Shown here: piece after piece, positions 1-11,022 of the stretch | Numbering within the stretch: position 1 is the first letter of the stretch | Layout: every line of letters starts with the position of its first letter | Origin: Agarivorans gilvus | Lineage (GTDB): Bacteria > Pseudomonadota > Gammaproteobacteria > Enterobacterales > Celerinatantimonadaceae | Assembly: GCF_001420915.1 (NCBI RefSeq) | Contig: NZ_CP013021.1 | Location: 2,428,361 to 2,468,360, forward strand | Direction: 5' to 3' | DNA length: 40,000 nucleotides | Translations under genes and position numbers: made by a program | The notes under the pieces: generated by a model | The model's database searches: none | Seen by the model: only the letters and a program-made list of their open reading frames with translations | What the model was told of the DNA's origin: nothing

Positions 1-2689
1 GGTTGTCTACGATGCTCTGCATGTAGTGGGTATATTTCTTCGCTCGATCCGCTTGATTTGATGCTGAAACGATACCGCCGTGGAACAAACCGGTATCTGT
101 CGCACCGAAATGGAACTCACCAATAATGCTCGGCTTATCTAGCTCAGGGAGTAAACTCCAATCACCTTTGCTGTTCAAGTCTTCTGCATAAAGGTTGTAA
201 CTCATAACATCAACGTAAGGGGCTGCGCCGCGGGCGATTTCAGGAGTTACCCCCCAATCAGCGAAGCGGGCCCCAAGGTACATATGGTTAGGCAACACTT
301 TTTTTAGTTCAGCCTGTACAGTAGAGAAATACTTCTCTGAGAGCATTTGCAGCATCTCGGAGTAATCTTTCTTCATACTACTGCTTAAGCGAGAACGATG
401 ATCAAAAGAGACTTCAAAATCAGCCCATGACGTAACCTTAGTTCCCCAGCTTTGGTTAAGTGCATCAATGCTTGAGTACTTGTCTTGCAAATGCTTAGTG
501 AAAGCGGCCTTAGCAGGGCTCTCTTTGATGTCATAACTCAGCGCATTCACTACGAGGCCGTAGTGGTTGGCTTCGTTCTTGGTATTACCCCAACTAATTT
601 CATTGTCGACAAAGATACCCATTAGCCATGGGTCGTCCTTGCTAACTTCGGAAGCCACTTTCTCCGCCATCTTGCGGGTGCTAACGGCAAACTCAGGATC
701 GAATGGGTCATGGATCGGTCCCCAGTAATCGTTACCAGTACTGATGCGAGCGTGATCACCGAAAATCCAACCATTGGCCGCATAAGCAATTTGCTGATTA
801 TCATAGAACTTAGGATCCGCCCAATTACCTAAGGTGGTAAAGCCCCAATCTTGCATACGATTTAGCGTGACATCCTTCCAAATCTTCAGAGCTTCTTCAC
901 GAGAGGTTTGGTACTTACGTTGTAGGTTGGCACTGTAAAAACTAAACACCTCGCCTTTTTTCAATGCACCAGTGTGTATCCAATCAGCATAATCATAGCT
1001 CTCCGCGAGCACATCATCATACTCTGGTAGCCACGTGAACATGCTATTACGCAACTCAGACGCAACTTCACGGCCTTCTCGAGTTTCTTTGTTGCTGAAA
1101 TCAACACCGGTAATAGTTACGGTGTCATCCATCCGGATGTTATCTAGGCCTGTCACAAAGAACAGATAACCTTCAGGATCGACTAATGCCCATTTACCGT
1201 CGACTTTTTCAGCTCGGAAAAAACCTGTTGCTTCTAGTTTGGGACCATCGGCCCAGCCGCCGAACTTACTACGATCCGGTAATTGAGTAGGATGCTCTAG
1301 AGAATCAAGCTCAGCTGCGCCTGCGGCTTGAAGATCTTCCAAACTCTTCACTTTTTGCGCCCAGTCTTGGCCAGTATATTGACCGAACTCGTCTAGTAAT
1401 CCTTCATAACGACTCGTATCTGATTCTAAGTTTGGAATTAAACGAACACTGCTTATCTGTAACTTTTGATCCGCAGTTGGGTTTTGCAGGTACAACTGCA
1501 TAGAATAGATGTTGGACAGGTCAAGATTGTTATCACCCCAACCGTAGCTTATAGCTTGCGCCTTATAAGATTTCTTCGGTGGTTCACCACGCATACCGGA
1601 TACCATTTGATCTCCAGCAGGCATCAGCGACAAGTAGTAAGTTCCTTCATCATTTGGCGCAATGGTGACATAGCCCGACCAAGAATTTTGCACCCCATTG
1701 GCAGTACCACCAAAGGCTTCATGCTCGTCATCGTCAACGCGAACGAACAGCTGCAACGGCTCGTCTGATTTGTTAACCATATCAAAGGCAACGTTGAAAT
1801 CTCCCTGACCAGACCAGTCCCAAGGAACGTCAGGACGGAACGTAATATTCGGGTAGGAGTTGCTGGCAGAGAACAAAACGTCAATTGCTGCACCATCATC
1901 GGTTTTCACCGGCGAGATTGTCGTTGCCACACTTCGCTCTGCAGAAATAAAGCTATCTTGTCCCTTCTCGAAATCAGTAATAGCCAAAACAGTTGGCACT
2001 GGACCAGTAACAACTTCTTCTGCGCCGGATGCTTCAACAAAGTCACCAGTAGCATCCACTAGGGCAAAGTTATCTACGATGACACTTTGCTGATCGATTG
2101 GGCCTTGTACGAAAATCTGAAACTCAACCAATTTACGCAGGTTGATTTTCTCTCCGCCCCAATAACCGTCTAACTTCCGCTTAGAACCGTTAAAGATCAT
2201 TTCAACTGGTACAGTTTCTCCAGCAGGCACACTAAGCGCATAGTTAAGCTGATTGTCTCCGGCACCCATCACACCAACATTGTCAGCAATTTTCAAAATA
2301 ATGTTAGCGGTACTGTCGGTAGGGTTGGTTACATCTAAAGTTAAACTGCCTTTGGCGTTCCAATTCCAATTACCAGTGTCTGGATGAAGCTTCACGTTTG
2401 GCCAAAACTTGAACTTGTTGGCCTCATTCACTGAATCGAAATCTATTTTCAGCGCTTGACTGCCAGCAGTAACACCAGTATCAGTAACGGCGCTCGCCTT
2501 GGCATGTTCGGCCTTCAGCTTGCTAAAAAACTTATCGCTCTCAAAATCAGGAAGCGCACCACCCATGTCTTCAACTACTTGTTCACCGGCGGCAGCTTGC
2601 TCATTCTGTGGGGTCGTAGAAGCACAACCATAAATGCCTAATAAACTCAGGCTAAGAACGGTTGCGATTTTGCTTTTAGTAAATGTCAT
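1..2689 (-). CDS. GH50-family beta-agarase, lipoprotein precursor (3' end runs off the left window edge)
   Basis: Absent from the ORF track because no stop lies inside the window. My minus-strand translation from the ATG at 2689 gives MTFTKSKIATVLSLSLLGIYGCAST... (lipobox IYGC). The same frame reads GH50-like sequence at every point I translated (near 2689-2330, near 1150-900, near 300-130) and at base 1 (...LPELDKPSIIGEFHFGATDTGLFHGGIVSA...); I did not translate the whole 2.7 kb. Segments GLDNIRMDD, MFTWLPEYDD, FSFYSANLQRKY and RFADWG align with the two other GH50-like genes here. The small track ORFs at 622-2641 are other frames or the opposite strand inside it. Confidence 0.85.
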   Translation of the reverse strand, partial: MTFTKSKIATVLSLSLLGIYGCASTTPQNEQAAAGEQVVEDMGGALPDFESDKFFSKLKAEHAKASAVTDTGVTAGSQALKIDFDSVNEANKFKFWPNVKLHPDTGNWNWNAKGSLTLDVTNPTDSTANIILKIADNVGVMGAGDNQLNYALSVPAGETVPVEMIFNGSKRKLDGYWGGEKINLRKLVEFQIFVQGPIDQQSVIVDNFALVDATGDFVEASGAEEVVTGPVPTVLAITDFEKGQDSFISAERSVATTISPVKTDDGAAIDVLFSASNSYPNITFRPDVPWDWSGQGDFNVAFDMVNKSDEPLQLFVRVDDDEHEAFGGTANGVQNSWSGYVTIAPNDEGTYYLSLMPAGDQMVSGMRGEPPKKSYKAQAISYGWGDNNLDLSNIYSMQLYLQNPTADQKLQISSVRLIPNLESDTSRYEGLLDEFGQYTGQDWAQKVKSLEDLQAAGAAELDSLEHPTQLPDRSKFGGWADGPKLEATGFFRAEKVDGKWALVDPEGYLFFVTGLDNIRMDDTVTITGVDFSNKETREGREVASELRNSMFTWLPEYDDVLAESYDYADWIHTGALKKGEVFSFYSANLQRKYQTSREEALKIWKDVTLNRMQDWGFTTLGNWADPKFYDNQQIAYAANGWIFGDHARISTGNDYWGPIHDPFDPEFAVSTRKMAEKVASEVSKDDPWLMGIFVDNEISWGNTKNEANHYGLVVNALSYDIKESPAKAAFTKHLQDKYSSIDALNQSWGTKVTSWADFEVSFDHRSRLSSSMKKDYSEMLQMLSEKYFSTVQAELKKVLPNHMYLGARFADWGVTPEIARGAAPYVDVMSYNLYAEDLNSKGDWSLLPELDKPSIIGEFHFGATDTGLFHGGIVSASNQADRAKKYTHYMQSIVDN

Positions 2690-2755
2690 CACATTGCCCT
2701 TTAGGATAGAACCCGCAGCGTATCCCACGGGTCTTTATTATTTTAAGAATTTGGT

Positions 2756-4141
2756 TTACCACCAAGCCTCGAACTGCGCACCAACAGTAAGTGCTGTGCG
2801 TTTACCAGTTTGAGAAACGTAAGGGTTGGTACGCCATTCCCAGCTTTCGTTTGCGGTTGGGATGTCGTTATAAACAGTAGTCTTGGTATCCAACTCACCA
2901 TAAGTAGCGAAGAATCGAATTACAGGACGGTCCCAGAAATCGCCACCCAAGTGAAGGTTTTGAGCGATAGTGGCTTTCCAAGAAGTATTTGTTCCTGGGT
3001 CTGAGCCCTCATTCACGTCATCGAACTTCATCATGTCATAACCCAGTTCAAGCTGAGTAGACCAACGATCACTCCAGTTGTAGGAGTTACGTAATACAAA
3101 TGAGTTCCAAAGCGTTTTTTCCCATGCCACGCTATTAATTCGACGTTGGCGAGCTTCTTCGTTAAAACTTTGGTATTCACCAGTCCATGCGTATTCAATA
3201 CGGAAGGTATCAGTTAGGTTCTGCATACCTTGGAATACCCAACCTACAGAATCTGTTGGGAGGTATAGCCAATCTTGAGTCATTGAGGTGCTGGTATTGC
3301 GCCCATAGCGAAGTATAAATTGATTAAAATCAGCCCATTGTCCCTGTCTAATAGCAAAACCCAAGGTATAACTGTTTGGTTGATGGAAACTGGCAGATTT
3401 CTCTACATCACCCCAAGACCACTCATACTCAAGGTCAGAGTCAGAGCCGTAGTAGAAGCCATAGTTAGCAAACACATCCATGGCAATATTGTCTGCTAAC
3501 GAAATACCATGTAAGCGAGTTGAAATAGCGTGATAGTTACCGCGAAAGCCCGGCTCACCTTCACACTCCCACGTTTGTTCATTAGTATTAGTACAGAAAT
3601 CTTGACCGGTGACGCTTCCGTTACCTTCTTTAGTGTAGCCGACGTTAAGTTTGGCAAATCCAAGATCCAAGTCATCAATACCCGCACCTACACCATCATT
3701 CATAACCATGTGGTAATCAATGAGTTCTGATTTATAGCGTTGGTAGTAACGCTGGCCAGCCCAGATGGCGGCTTCGGGATTACTTGGAATTACGCCACGG
3801 CCAACAACCCACCATTCGTCAAGGTTGAAGTCTTCTGCATCACTCGCAATATTGGTCTTAATAATCCAATTCATGCCATTCTTAGACACCCCATAGTCAA
3901 GGTGCAGTTCAGCAAAAGTGCCTTCGTTACCAAGCCGGCCAGTCATAGCGCTATTATTACCGGCGGTCTGAATAATATTCATACCATTGTTGGCATTATC
4001 AGATTGACGATTCAGAATTTGGTCATTAGTTGAACCGGTGCCACCTTTGCCGTAACCCCAGAATCGAAATCCATCTAAGTTTTCACCGAATGCCGAATTA
4101 CAGGCAAGAGCGAGGGCTGAAAGTGCAATGACTCTCTTCAT
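2756..4141 (-). CDS. LamB/maltoporin-family carbohydrate porin (candidate agaro-oligosaccharide channel)
   Basis: 461-aa ORF with an N-terminal signal peptide (MKRVIALSALALACNSAFG). Aromatic-rich beta-barrel-like composition and a C-terminus ...FEAWW, as in LamB-type porins. Sits between a GH50 gene and a sugar symporter gene. Confidence 0.75.
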   Translation of the reverse strand: MKRVIALSALALACNSAFGENLDGFRFWGYGKGGTGSTNDQILNRQSDNANNGMNIIQTAGNNSAMTGRLGNEGTFAELHLDYGVSKNGMNWIIKTNIASDAEDFNLDEWWVVGRGVIPSNPEAAIWAGQRYYQRYKSELIDYHMVMNDGVGAGIDDLDLGFAKLNVGYTKEGNGSVTGQDFCTNTNEQTWECEGEPGFRGNYHAISTRLHGISLADNIAMDVFANYGFYYGSDSDLEYEWSWGDVEKSASFHQPNSYTLGFAIRQGQWADFNQFILRYGRNTSTSMTQDWLYLPTDSVGWVFQGMQNLTDTFRIEYAWTGEYQSFNEEARQRRINSVAWEKTLWNSFVLRNSYNWSDRWSTQLELGYDMMKFDDVNEGSDPGTNTSWKATIAQNLHLGGDFWDRPVIRFFATYGELDTKTTVYNDIPTANESWEWRTNPYVSQTGKRTALTVGAQFEAWW

Positions 4142-4180
4142 GCTAATTTCCTTATTTTAAGTTGTTTTGTTTATGAAAAG

Positions 4181-5446
4181 CTAAGCAAGTACCGGATCTT
4201 CTTCCGGCTCAGACTTTTTTTTCTCAGAGCTGAGAGTAAACACAGCCATCACCGTGGCGACCGCCGCGAATAAACCGAAGTAGATATAGCTATAAGGGAA
4301 GCCGTATTGGTCATACATGCTGCCCATAATTGGCGAGGCTATCGCGGTCATTAAATTGTTGACAACCTGAAAGCCAAACATATAAGTGAATGAGTTAACT
4401 TTCCTATCAAACTGCTCAGCAGTGTACGCAAATACCGAAACAATAAGCAGAGGGTTAACAATACCGAACAGCAGTTTAGCCGCAATTGCAAGATAGAGAT
4501 TCTTCTCGCCAAGGCCAGCATAGCCAATCATCAGTAGAAAAGAAGTAATGCCGCATGCGGTGAGAAGTAGACTGCCTTTAGCACCAATTCTCTTGATGAT
4601 ATAAGGCACACCTGCACTAACAAAAAATAAGAAAACCGCAGTCAATCCATCCATATTTGAGCTAAAGCTAATCCCCTCTTCTTGAGTAGGAAAAAAGCTG
4701 ATGAAATAACGCGTAAATTGAGTCATAGACGTCCAGAATACGACTGAAATAGTGCCCGCATAGGTCATAAAGGCCCACATTTTTGGGTTTTTAAGCAGTT
4801 TAATAACATCTTCTTTAGTGATTTTGTCTGCCGAAATAACCTCGTTGTCGACATCATCCAAATGCTTAACTCGTAAAGACCAGCAAAAAAACAACATAAG
4901 AAAGGCCGCCACACTACAGGCAACAAAAATCAAATCAGGGTTAATGTTATAAAGAATACCAGCTAATACAGCAGACACCCCCCATGCAGCAATACCAAAG
5001 CCATTAACTAGGCCAAAGTCGTTGTTGTGACATCTAGCAAATCGATCACTATAGGAGGCAATCACACCGCTACCAGCTTGGAATAACATCCCTAGATATA
5101 GCGAACCGATAACAATCCCTGAAACAAAAGTGGCATCATTAGACAACAACGGCCCATAGACAAAAATATAGAAAGGCCCAATCAACAAACTCAGCACCGA
5201 TATAAAATAAATAAGGTGTTTTTTCATACCCAACTTATCGAGTATGTAACCAAACGCGGGTTTAAATAATACTGCTACCCCTGTTTGCAGACCAAACAAT
5301 ACACCAATTTGAGAACCATCTATGCCTACACGATCGTTCAACCAAACCGCAAACAGCGAGCCTGAGCTTAAAGACCAAAAAAAGTTATAAAAAAAGTACA
5401 TTAGGCACACTTTGCCCATTGCTATACGATTCGAGTCGGTTTTCAT
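4181..5446 (-). CDS. MFS oligosaccharide:H+ symporter, LacY-like
   Basis: The track ORF is 4181-5512. I prefer the internal ATG at 5446 (MKTDSNRIAMGKV...). About 12 hydrophobic segments. The N-terminal region LMYFFYNFFWSL...LFKPAFGYILDKLGMKKHLIYF resembles the LacY family. The start choice is uncertain. Confidence 0.75.
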   Translation of the reverse strand: MKTDSNRIAMGKVCLMYFFYNFFWSLSSGSLFAVWLNDRVGIDGSQIGVLFGLQTGVAVLFKPAFGYILDKLGMKKHLIYFISVLSLLIGPFYIFVYGPLLSNDATFVSGIVIGSLYLGMLFQAGSGVIASYSDRFARCHNNDFGLVNGFGIAAWGVSAVLAGILYNINPDLIFVACSVAAFLMLFFCWSLRVKHLDDVDNEVISADKITKEDVIKLLKNPKMWAFMTYAGTISVVFWTSMTQFTRYFISFFPTQEEGISFSSNMDGLTAVFLFFVSAGVPYIIKRIGAKGSLLLTACGITSFLLMIGYAGLGEKNLYLAIAAKLLFGIVNPLLIVSVFAYTAEQFDRKVNSFTYMFGFQVVNNLMTAIASPIMGSMYDQYGFPYSYIYFGLFAAVATVMAVFTLSSEKKKSEPEEDPVLA

Positions 5447-5791
5447 AAAATCTCCATTAACCGAGTTGACGTCCTTCATTGAGTCAACCAAGCACTTAAA
5501 TTGGCAAACCAATAATAATAAACTGAGGCTAATATTACCTAATGTTCAACCAATTTAACGTGATTAAAGTCGACATATGCCACCAAGAGTATCCTTAAAG
5601 GTCGATCTCCATCACAACACATCAACAATAAAAGAGCACACCTCAACCAATTAACAACAACAAGCTGAAAACGCTCCCTCCCCCTTATACAAAGGATATT
5701 AATTGGATATAAAGAGCAAAATAACTAGCGCCAGATCACTTTTATAACACTAACTTCCAACACCAATGATTATTTGAGGTAACCTAGAAAA

Positions 5792-5805
5792 AATGGTTAA
5801 CCAAT
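5792..5805. promoter_or_regulatory. Candidate GntR/FadR (UxuR/ExuR-like) operator box AATGGTTAACCAAT
   Basis: 11/12 match to the palindrome ATTGGTnnACCAAT that recurs in promoter regions of this window. Lies about 20 bp upstream of the GH117 start. A weaker copy AATGTTCAACCAAT is at 5541-5554. Confidence 0.5.
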
Positions 5806-5826
5806 ATTTAGAGTATAGAGGACATT

Positions 5827-6912
5827 ATGCTAAAATCAGCACGAAAGCTCAGCTTAGCGAGTAAACGCGCGCTTGAGCGTGGCTATGATAACAAAGGACC
5901 AGAATGGTTTATTGAGTTTGAAGAACAAGAATTGTTAGGTGACTTTGCATATCAAGAGGGAGTCATTCGTCGCGACCCTACAGCAGTCATCAAAGTCAAT
6001 GGTATATATCACTGCTGGTATACCAAAGGCGAAGGTGAAACCGTGGGCTTTGGTTCTGACAATCCAGAAGATAAGGTGTTTCCTTGGGACAAGACTGAAG
6101 TCTGGCATGCCACCTCTGATGATGGAATGACGTGGAAAGAACAAGGAAGCGCAATCACCGCTGGAGAACCCGGCCGCTATGATGATCGGGCAGTGTTCAC
6201 CCCAGAGGTGCTAGTTCATGAAGGCAAGTTTTACCTAGTCTATCAAACGGTCAAAGCCCCTTACACTAACCGACAAATTGAAGAAATTGCTATTGCTTGG
6301 GCAGATTCGCCCTACGGTCCTTGGACTAAAAGCGATGCTCCTATTCTTAGCCCAGAACAAGACGGCGAGTGGGACGGAGAAGAAGACAATCGCTTCAATG
6401 TAAAAAGTAAGGGCAGCTTTGATAGCCATAAGGTGCACGATCCTTGCCTGATGTTCTTCAAAGGACAGTTCTACCTTTACTACAAAGGAGAAACCATGGG
6501 CGAGGGAATGAACCTAGGAGGCCGTGAGATCAAACATGGTGTAGCCATCGCCGACAATATTCTTGGCCCTTACCGCAAGTCAGAATACAACCCGATTAGT
6601 AATAGCGGCCATGAAGTGGCGGTATGGCACCAAAATGGCGGTATCGCATCACTGATCACCACCGATGGCCCTGAGAAAAATACCGTGCAGTGGGCCGCTG
6701 ATGGTATCAACTTTGAAATCATGTCGCATATCAAGGGAGCTCCTGAAGCACTTGGTATTTACCGTCCCGAAGCAGATGAACCTCTTGAAGATCCGGGGCT
6801 GCACTGGGGGCTTTGCCACCGCTACGATCCCTCTTGGAACTGGAACTACATTTGCCGTTACCGGGTGAAGCGACAAATCATGGACGCTGGTACCTTCCAG
6901 AATACCAACTAA
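5827..6912 (+). CDS. GH117 alpha-1,3-(3,6-anhydro)-L-galactosidase (neoagarobiose / neoagaro-oligosaccharide hydrolase)
   Basis: 361-aa cytoplasmic ORF. Its size and sequence (…[21 protein letters not shown]…[15 protein letters not shown]…[10 protein letters not shown]…) match my recollection of GH117 enzymes. The agarolytic gene context supports the call. Confidence 0.8.
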   Translation: MLKSARKLSLASKRALERGYDNKGPEWFIEFEEQELLGDFAYQEGVIRRDPTAVIKVNGIYHCWYTKGEGETVGFGSDNPEDKVFPWDKTEVWHATSDDGMTWKEQGSAITAGEPGRYDDRAVFTPEVLVHEGKFYLVYQTVKAPYTNRQIEEIAIAWADSPYGPWTKSDAPILSPEQDGEWDGEEDNRFNVKSKGSFDSHKVHDPCLMFFKGQFYLYYKGETMGEGMNLGGREIKHGVAIADNILGPYRKSEYNPISNSGHEVAVWHQNGGIASLITTDGPEKNTVQWAADGINFEIMSHIKGAPEALGIYRPEADEPLEDPGLHWGLCHRYDPSWNWNYICRYRVKRQIMDAGTFQNTN

Positions 6913-7006
6913 GCGGCCAAAAACGACCATTGTTGCTTACTCAGCGGGACTAAGCCATGTAGTAGACTCGAGCATGGAGTAGCTCCCGCTTTTAACAGGA
7001 GCTCTC

Positions 7007-9415
7007 ATGTTACGCCAAGACAAAGACTTTAATGATGGCTGGAGTTTTCAGCTAAACAGCCAGCCAACAACTCAGGGTTGGCGAACGGTTAGCCTTCCCC
7101 ATGACTGGAGCGTGGAGGCTAAATTTGACCCCTGCTTAGAAGGAGCAACCGCCTATCTGCCCGGCGGTATCGGCTGGTATCAAAAGTACTTCCAACTCAA
7201 GCTGCAACCAAAGCAGCGTGCCTACCTAATTTTTGACGGCATCTATAATCACGCTAGCCTTGAGCTAAACGGGCAGAACCTGCACTACCAAGTATTTGGC
7301 TACTCACCATTCTATCTGGATATTACGGAGTATTTGCAAGCTGAAAACCACTTGTTGATAAAAGTCGATCGTAGCCGAATAGCGGATAGTCGCTGGTATT
7401 CAGGTTCAGGGATCTATAGAGAAGTACGTCTGCTTGTGGTTAATCAAGTTCACGTTGCACCTTGGGATAACTTTATCTTTGCAACGCAAGCCTGCGCCAG
7501 CCAAGCAAGCCTGACCCAGCAACTGCAAGTGGCTGGAGTGCGCCCCGGCGCGTCACTTCAGGTGAGGACTCGCCTGATTAACGCTGCAGGCCAAGTGTGC
7601 GCAGAGACCACACACCAACAGCAGTCTCTGTACAACTCGGTTAATTTAGCCCTTCAGTTAACTGTTGATGCACCAGAGCTTTGGGGCCCTGAGTCACCTT
7701 CACTTTACCGAGCCATAACCGAAGTGCTTTGCGATGGCCAGTTAAGCGATAGCTTTGAGCAACAAGTTGGTATTCGTCATTTGTACTTCGATCCCAAGCA
7801 AGGCTTCTACTTGAACCATCAAGCTTATCCAATCAAGGGAGTTTGCTTACACCATGAAGCTGGAGCGGTTGGCGCGGCGGTCCCCGATGGCGTATGGCTA
7901 CGCCGCTTAACTAAACTCAAAGAGGCTGGGGTCAATGCGATTCGAATTGCCCACCACCCCGCGTCGTGCGCACTGCTAAGTCTTTGTGACCGCCTTGGGT
8001 TACTGGTTCAAGATGAATTCTTCGATGAATGGGACTACCCCAAAGATAAGCGCCTCAACATGCACGATCAGCATGGCGATCCGCTTTCCGAAGGCTATGC
8101 CAGCTACTTTGCCGAGCATGCACAGCGCGATCTAACTAACGCCCTTAAAGCTCACCGTAATCACCCCTGCGTGTTTATGTGGAGCATTGGCAACGAAATA
8201 GAGTGGACTTATCCACGCAATGTGCAAGCCACAGGGTTCTTTGATGCAAGTTGGGATGGCAACTACTTTTGGAGCCAACCGCCCAACAGCCGTGAAAAAA
8301 TAGCCCAAAAATTGACAGAATTACCACAGCAGGAACAAGACATAGGCCGTACCGCTCAGCGCCTAGCTAAATGGGTCAAAGACTTAGACCAATCAAGACC
8401 GGTCACCGCGAACTGCATTCTCCCTTCGGCCAGTTACGAGTCGGGCTATGCACAGGCCTTAGATGTGATTGGCTTTAGTTATCGCCAAGTGATGTATGAC
8501 TATGGGCGACAGCATTATCCAAGTTTGCCAATCATCGGCAATGAAGTGCTTCCTCAGTGGCATGAGTGGAAAGCAGCCTCAGCCAGACCACATGTAGCAG
8601 GCGTGTTTTTGTGGACCGGCATTGACTACCTTGGCGAAGTTCACCAACAATGGCCAACTCGCAGCCTTGCTGCAGGCCTACTGGACACAGCAGGTTTTAC
8701 TAAGCCCACATGGCAGATGTTCCGAAGCCTTTGGCAGCAGCAGCCGGTCCTAGCCTTATACACTCGCCCCTTTGATCACGAACAATTTGTACATAACAAC
8801 CAGGTTGTAAGCGCTAAGGACCCGAATGCTTGGCAACAAGCACTTTGGATTTGGCCGCAACTCAATCAGCATTGGAATTATCAAGACCAAGATATCATCT
8901 TGGTCGAAGCAATAAGCAATTGCCCAGAGCTTGAGCTATTCGTCAACGGTAGCAGTGTAGGCAAGCGTCAACTCAGCCAGCAAGCCGACCGCATTTTCCG
9001 CTGGGCGGTGCCGTTTAGCGCCGGTGAATTAAGACTAGAAGCTCGTGATGAGCATGGTAACCGGCATACAGAGCAATTGAGCACTAGCGATGACGCGCGG
9101 CAACTGGCGCTAAGCCTAGAGCTTAGCGAAGACAACTTAGTCGCTCACCTGATCGCCCAGTTGGTTGACAAACAAGGTTTACCTGTGCGCCACCAACAAC
9201 GGCGAGTTGAGTTTAGTGCTGATAATAACGCCCACCTGCTCGGTGTTGACAATGGCTCGGCATCTAATGTGGAAGCATTTACCGGCCCCACTCTCAACAC
9301 CTCTAAAGGGCGAGCTCTGGCAATATTCAAAAGGTCCACGCCAACACAAGCTGTCCAATTGGGTGCAGCCTTGCAAGGAGGTCAGCTACAACAACTTAGC
9401 TGGCCAGCAGCCTAG
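7007..9415 (+). CDS. GH2 beta-galactosidase (candidate agarolytic beta-galactosidase acting on agaro-oligosaccharide non-reducing ends)
   Basis: 802-aa ORF with RBS AGGAG 7 nt upstream. GH2-like blocks: LPHDWS, NAIRIAHHP, and MWSIGNE (acid/base Glu context). No signal peptide. Confidence 0.8.
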   Translation: MLRQDKDFNDGWSFQLNSQPTTQGWRTVSLPHDWSVEAKFDPCLEGATAYLPGGIGWYQKYFQLKLQPKQRAYLIFDGIYNHASLELNGQNLHYQVFGYSPFYLDITEYLQAENHLLIKVDRSRIADSRWYSGSGIYREVRLLVVNQVHVAPWDNFIFATQACASQASLTQQLQVAGVRPGASLQVRTRLINAAGQVCAETTHQQQSLYNSVNLALQLTVDAPELWGPESPSLYRAITEVLCDGQLSDSFEQQVGIRHLYFDPKQGFYLNHQAYPIKGVCLHHEAGAVGAAVPDGVWLRRLTKLKEAGVNAIRIAHHPASCALLSLCDRLGLLVQDEFFDEWDYPKDKRLNMHDQHGDPLSEGYASYFAEHAQRDLTNALKAHRNHPCVFMWSIGNEIEWTYPRNVQATGFFDASWDGNYFWSQPPNSREKIAQKLTELPQQEQDIGRTAQRLAKWVKDLDQSRPVTANCILPSASYESGYAQALDVIGFSYRQVMYDYGRQHYPSLPIIGNEVLPQWHEWKAASARPHVAGVFLWTGIDYLGEVHQQWPTRSLAAGLLDTAGFTKPTWQMFRSLWQQQPVLALYTRPFDHEQFVHNNQVVSAKDPNAWQQALWIWPQLNQHWNYQDQDIILVEAISNCPELELFVNGSSVGKRQLSQQADRIFRWAVPFSAGELRLEARDEHGNRHTEQLSTSDDARQLALSLELSEDNLVAHLIAQLVDKQGLPVRHQQRRVEFSADNNAHLLGVDNGSASNVEAFTGPTLNTSKGRALAIFKRSTPTQAVQLGAALQGGQLQQLSWPAA

Positions 9416-9594
9416 GAGCTTGATGCGCCTAGGCTGTCCACAGGGTTAGGCGCATCACGTTACTGTGACAAAACGCACACACATCAACCAAAAACACAAA
9501 ACAAGCCAACCATTAAGAAAATTCATTAACCAAATCACACAACTGTACAACCAATATATCTATAGTCTGCGGAGTAACTAACAAGGAGAGCATA

Positions 9595-10968
9595 ATGTTA
9601 CCTCGACACTATAAGAACCTACTGCTACTAACTCAGGGACTAAGCCTATCTTTCGCCAGCCTAGCGGCAAACGATTGGGATACAATTCCAATTCCTGCCA
9701 ATCCTGGTACCGGCTATGTCTGGGAGCTTCAAGAAGCCTATTCAGATTCCTTCAACTATTCCGGAAAAACCAATGAGTTCACCAGTAAGTGGAATGATAG
9801 CTATTTTAAGAGTTGGACAGGTCCAGGTCTAACCCATTGGGACTCATCTGAATCGTGGGTTGCCGATGGCAACCTAATTGTTAGCGCCTCGCGCCGCCAA
9901 GGAACCGACAAAGTCAATGCCGGCGTGATTACCTCAAAAACTAAGGTGAAATACCCTATTTTCCTAGAAGCTAGCATCAAGGTGAGTAACCTAGAGCTAT
10001 CTTCTAATTTCTGGCTATTAAGCGAGAATGATGAGCGAGAAATAGACATTCTTGAAGTTTACGGTGGGGCCGCTGATACATGGTATGCCAAAAACATGTC
10101 TACCAACTTCCACGTGTTCATCCGAGACGCTGCCAGCAACCAAATCATCAGTGACTTTAACGACCAAACCCACAACGAACCCTCTTGGGGAACCTACTGG
10201 CGAGATGGCTTTCATCGATTTGCTGCCTACTGGAAAAGCCCAACCGAGGTAACTTTCTACATTGATGGCCAACAGACACCAGAAGGCTCCTGGGCTCAAG
10301 TAGTGATGAAAGATAAAGATTACACTGGTGCTGTTCTCGACAAAAGCGTCTACAACCTAAACCAAGAGGCCTTCATCATTATTGACACCGAAGACCATAG
10401 CTGGCGCTCAGAAATGGGCATTATTGCCAGTGATACCGACTTAGCTGACAACAGCAAAAACAAGATGTATGTTGATTGGGTGCGCGTCTACAAACCAGTG
10501 ACTGATGATAGCTCAGGGGGAGAAAACGGAAATGTCAGCGTACCTAGTACTTACACCAACCTACAGTTGGTTCATAGCGACCTTTGCTTAGACGTTGCTA
10601 GTGGAGCGACTTGGAATGGAAGTACCTATCAGCAGTGGATATGTAATACAGGCAATAGCAATCAACGCTTTCAGTTTTCCGCGCTAGGCAACGGGCAGTA
10701 TGCCATCAGCTCCGAAGTAAGCCAGCTCTGCCTAGAACTTGACCAAGCAAGCCATGCCGATGGTGCAACAGTTCATCAGTGGGTTTGTAACCACTCCGAC
10801 AGTAAGCAAACCTGGACCCTATTTGATAAAGGTAGCAGCACCTTTGAAATCCGTAACAAGGTCTCTGGAAAATGCTTAGAAATTGCCAATGCTTCTAGTA
10901 ATAACGGCGCTCCGCTCCAACAGTGGTCCTGTGACGGAGGCAACAACCAACGCTTTAAATTCCTCTAA
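9595..10968 (+). CDS. Secreted GH16 beta-agarase with C-terminal ricin-type CBM13
   Basis: Signal peptide (LLLLTQGLSLSFASLAA). GH16 catalytic motif ExDxxE seen as EIDILE. Gly/Ser linker, then three QxW repeats (YQQWIC, VHQWVC, LQQWSC) typical of ricin-B lectin folds. Confidence 0.85.
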   Translation: MLPRHYKNLLLLTQGLSLSFASLAANDWDTIPIPANPGTGYVWELQEAYSDSFNYSGKTNEFTSKWNDSYFKSWTGPGLTHWDSSESWVADGNLIVSASRRQGTDKVNAGVITSKTKVKYPIFLEASIKVSNLELSSNFWLLSENDEREIDILEVYGGAADTWYAKNMSTNFHVFIRDAASNQIISDFNDQTHNEPSWGTYWRDGFHRFAAYWKSPTEVTFYIDGQQTPEGSWAQVVMKDKDYTGAVLDKSVYNLNQEAFIIIDTEDHSWRSEMGIIASDTDLADNSKNKMYVDWVRVYKPVTDDSSGGENGNVSVPSTYTNLQLVHSDLCLDVASGATWNGSTYQQWICNTGNSNQRFQFSALGNGQYAISSEVSQLCLELDQASHADGATVHQWVCNHSDSKQTWTLFDKGSSTFEIRNKVSGKCLEIANASSNNGAPLQQWSCDGGNNQRFKFL

Positions 10969-10994
10969 TCACAAAGTCTCGCCTAAAAAGGTTT

Positions 10995-11020
10995 GGCCGG
11001 CTATCGCCGGCCTGTTTTGT
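10995..11020. terminator. Bidirectional intrinsic terminator between convergent GH16 and GH50 genes
   Basis: GGCCGGC-tatc-GCCGGCC stem-loop. TGTTTTGT follows on the + strand and AAACCTTTTT on the - strand. Confidence 0.7.
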
Positions 11021-11022
11021 AT

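Noticed and set aside
622-2641. Track ORFs 622-804, 1466-1768, 1624-1899, 1860-2093 and 2456-2641
   Set aside because: All lie inside the long open minus-strand GH50 reading frame (1-2689), in other frames or on the opposite strand. Their translations are low-complexity and lack starts with RBS. They are shadow ORFs.
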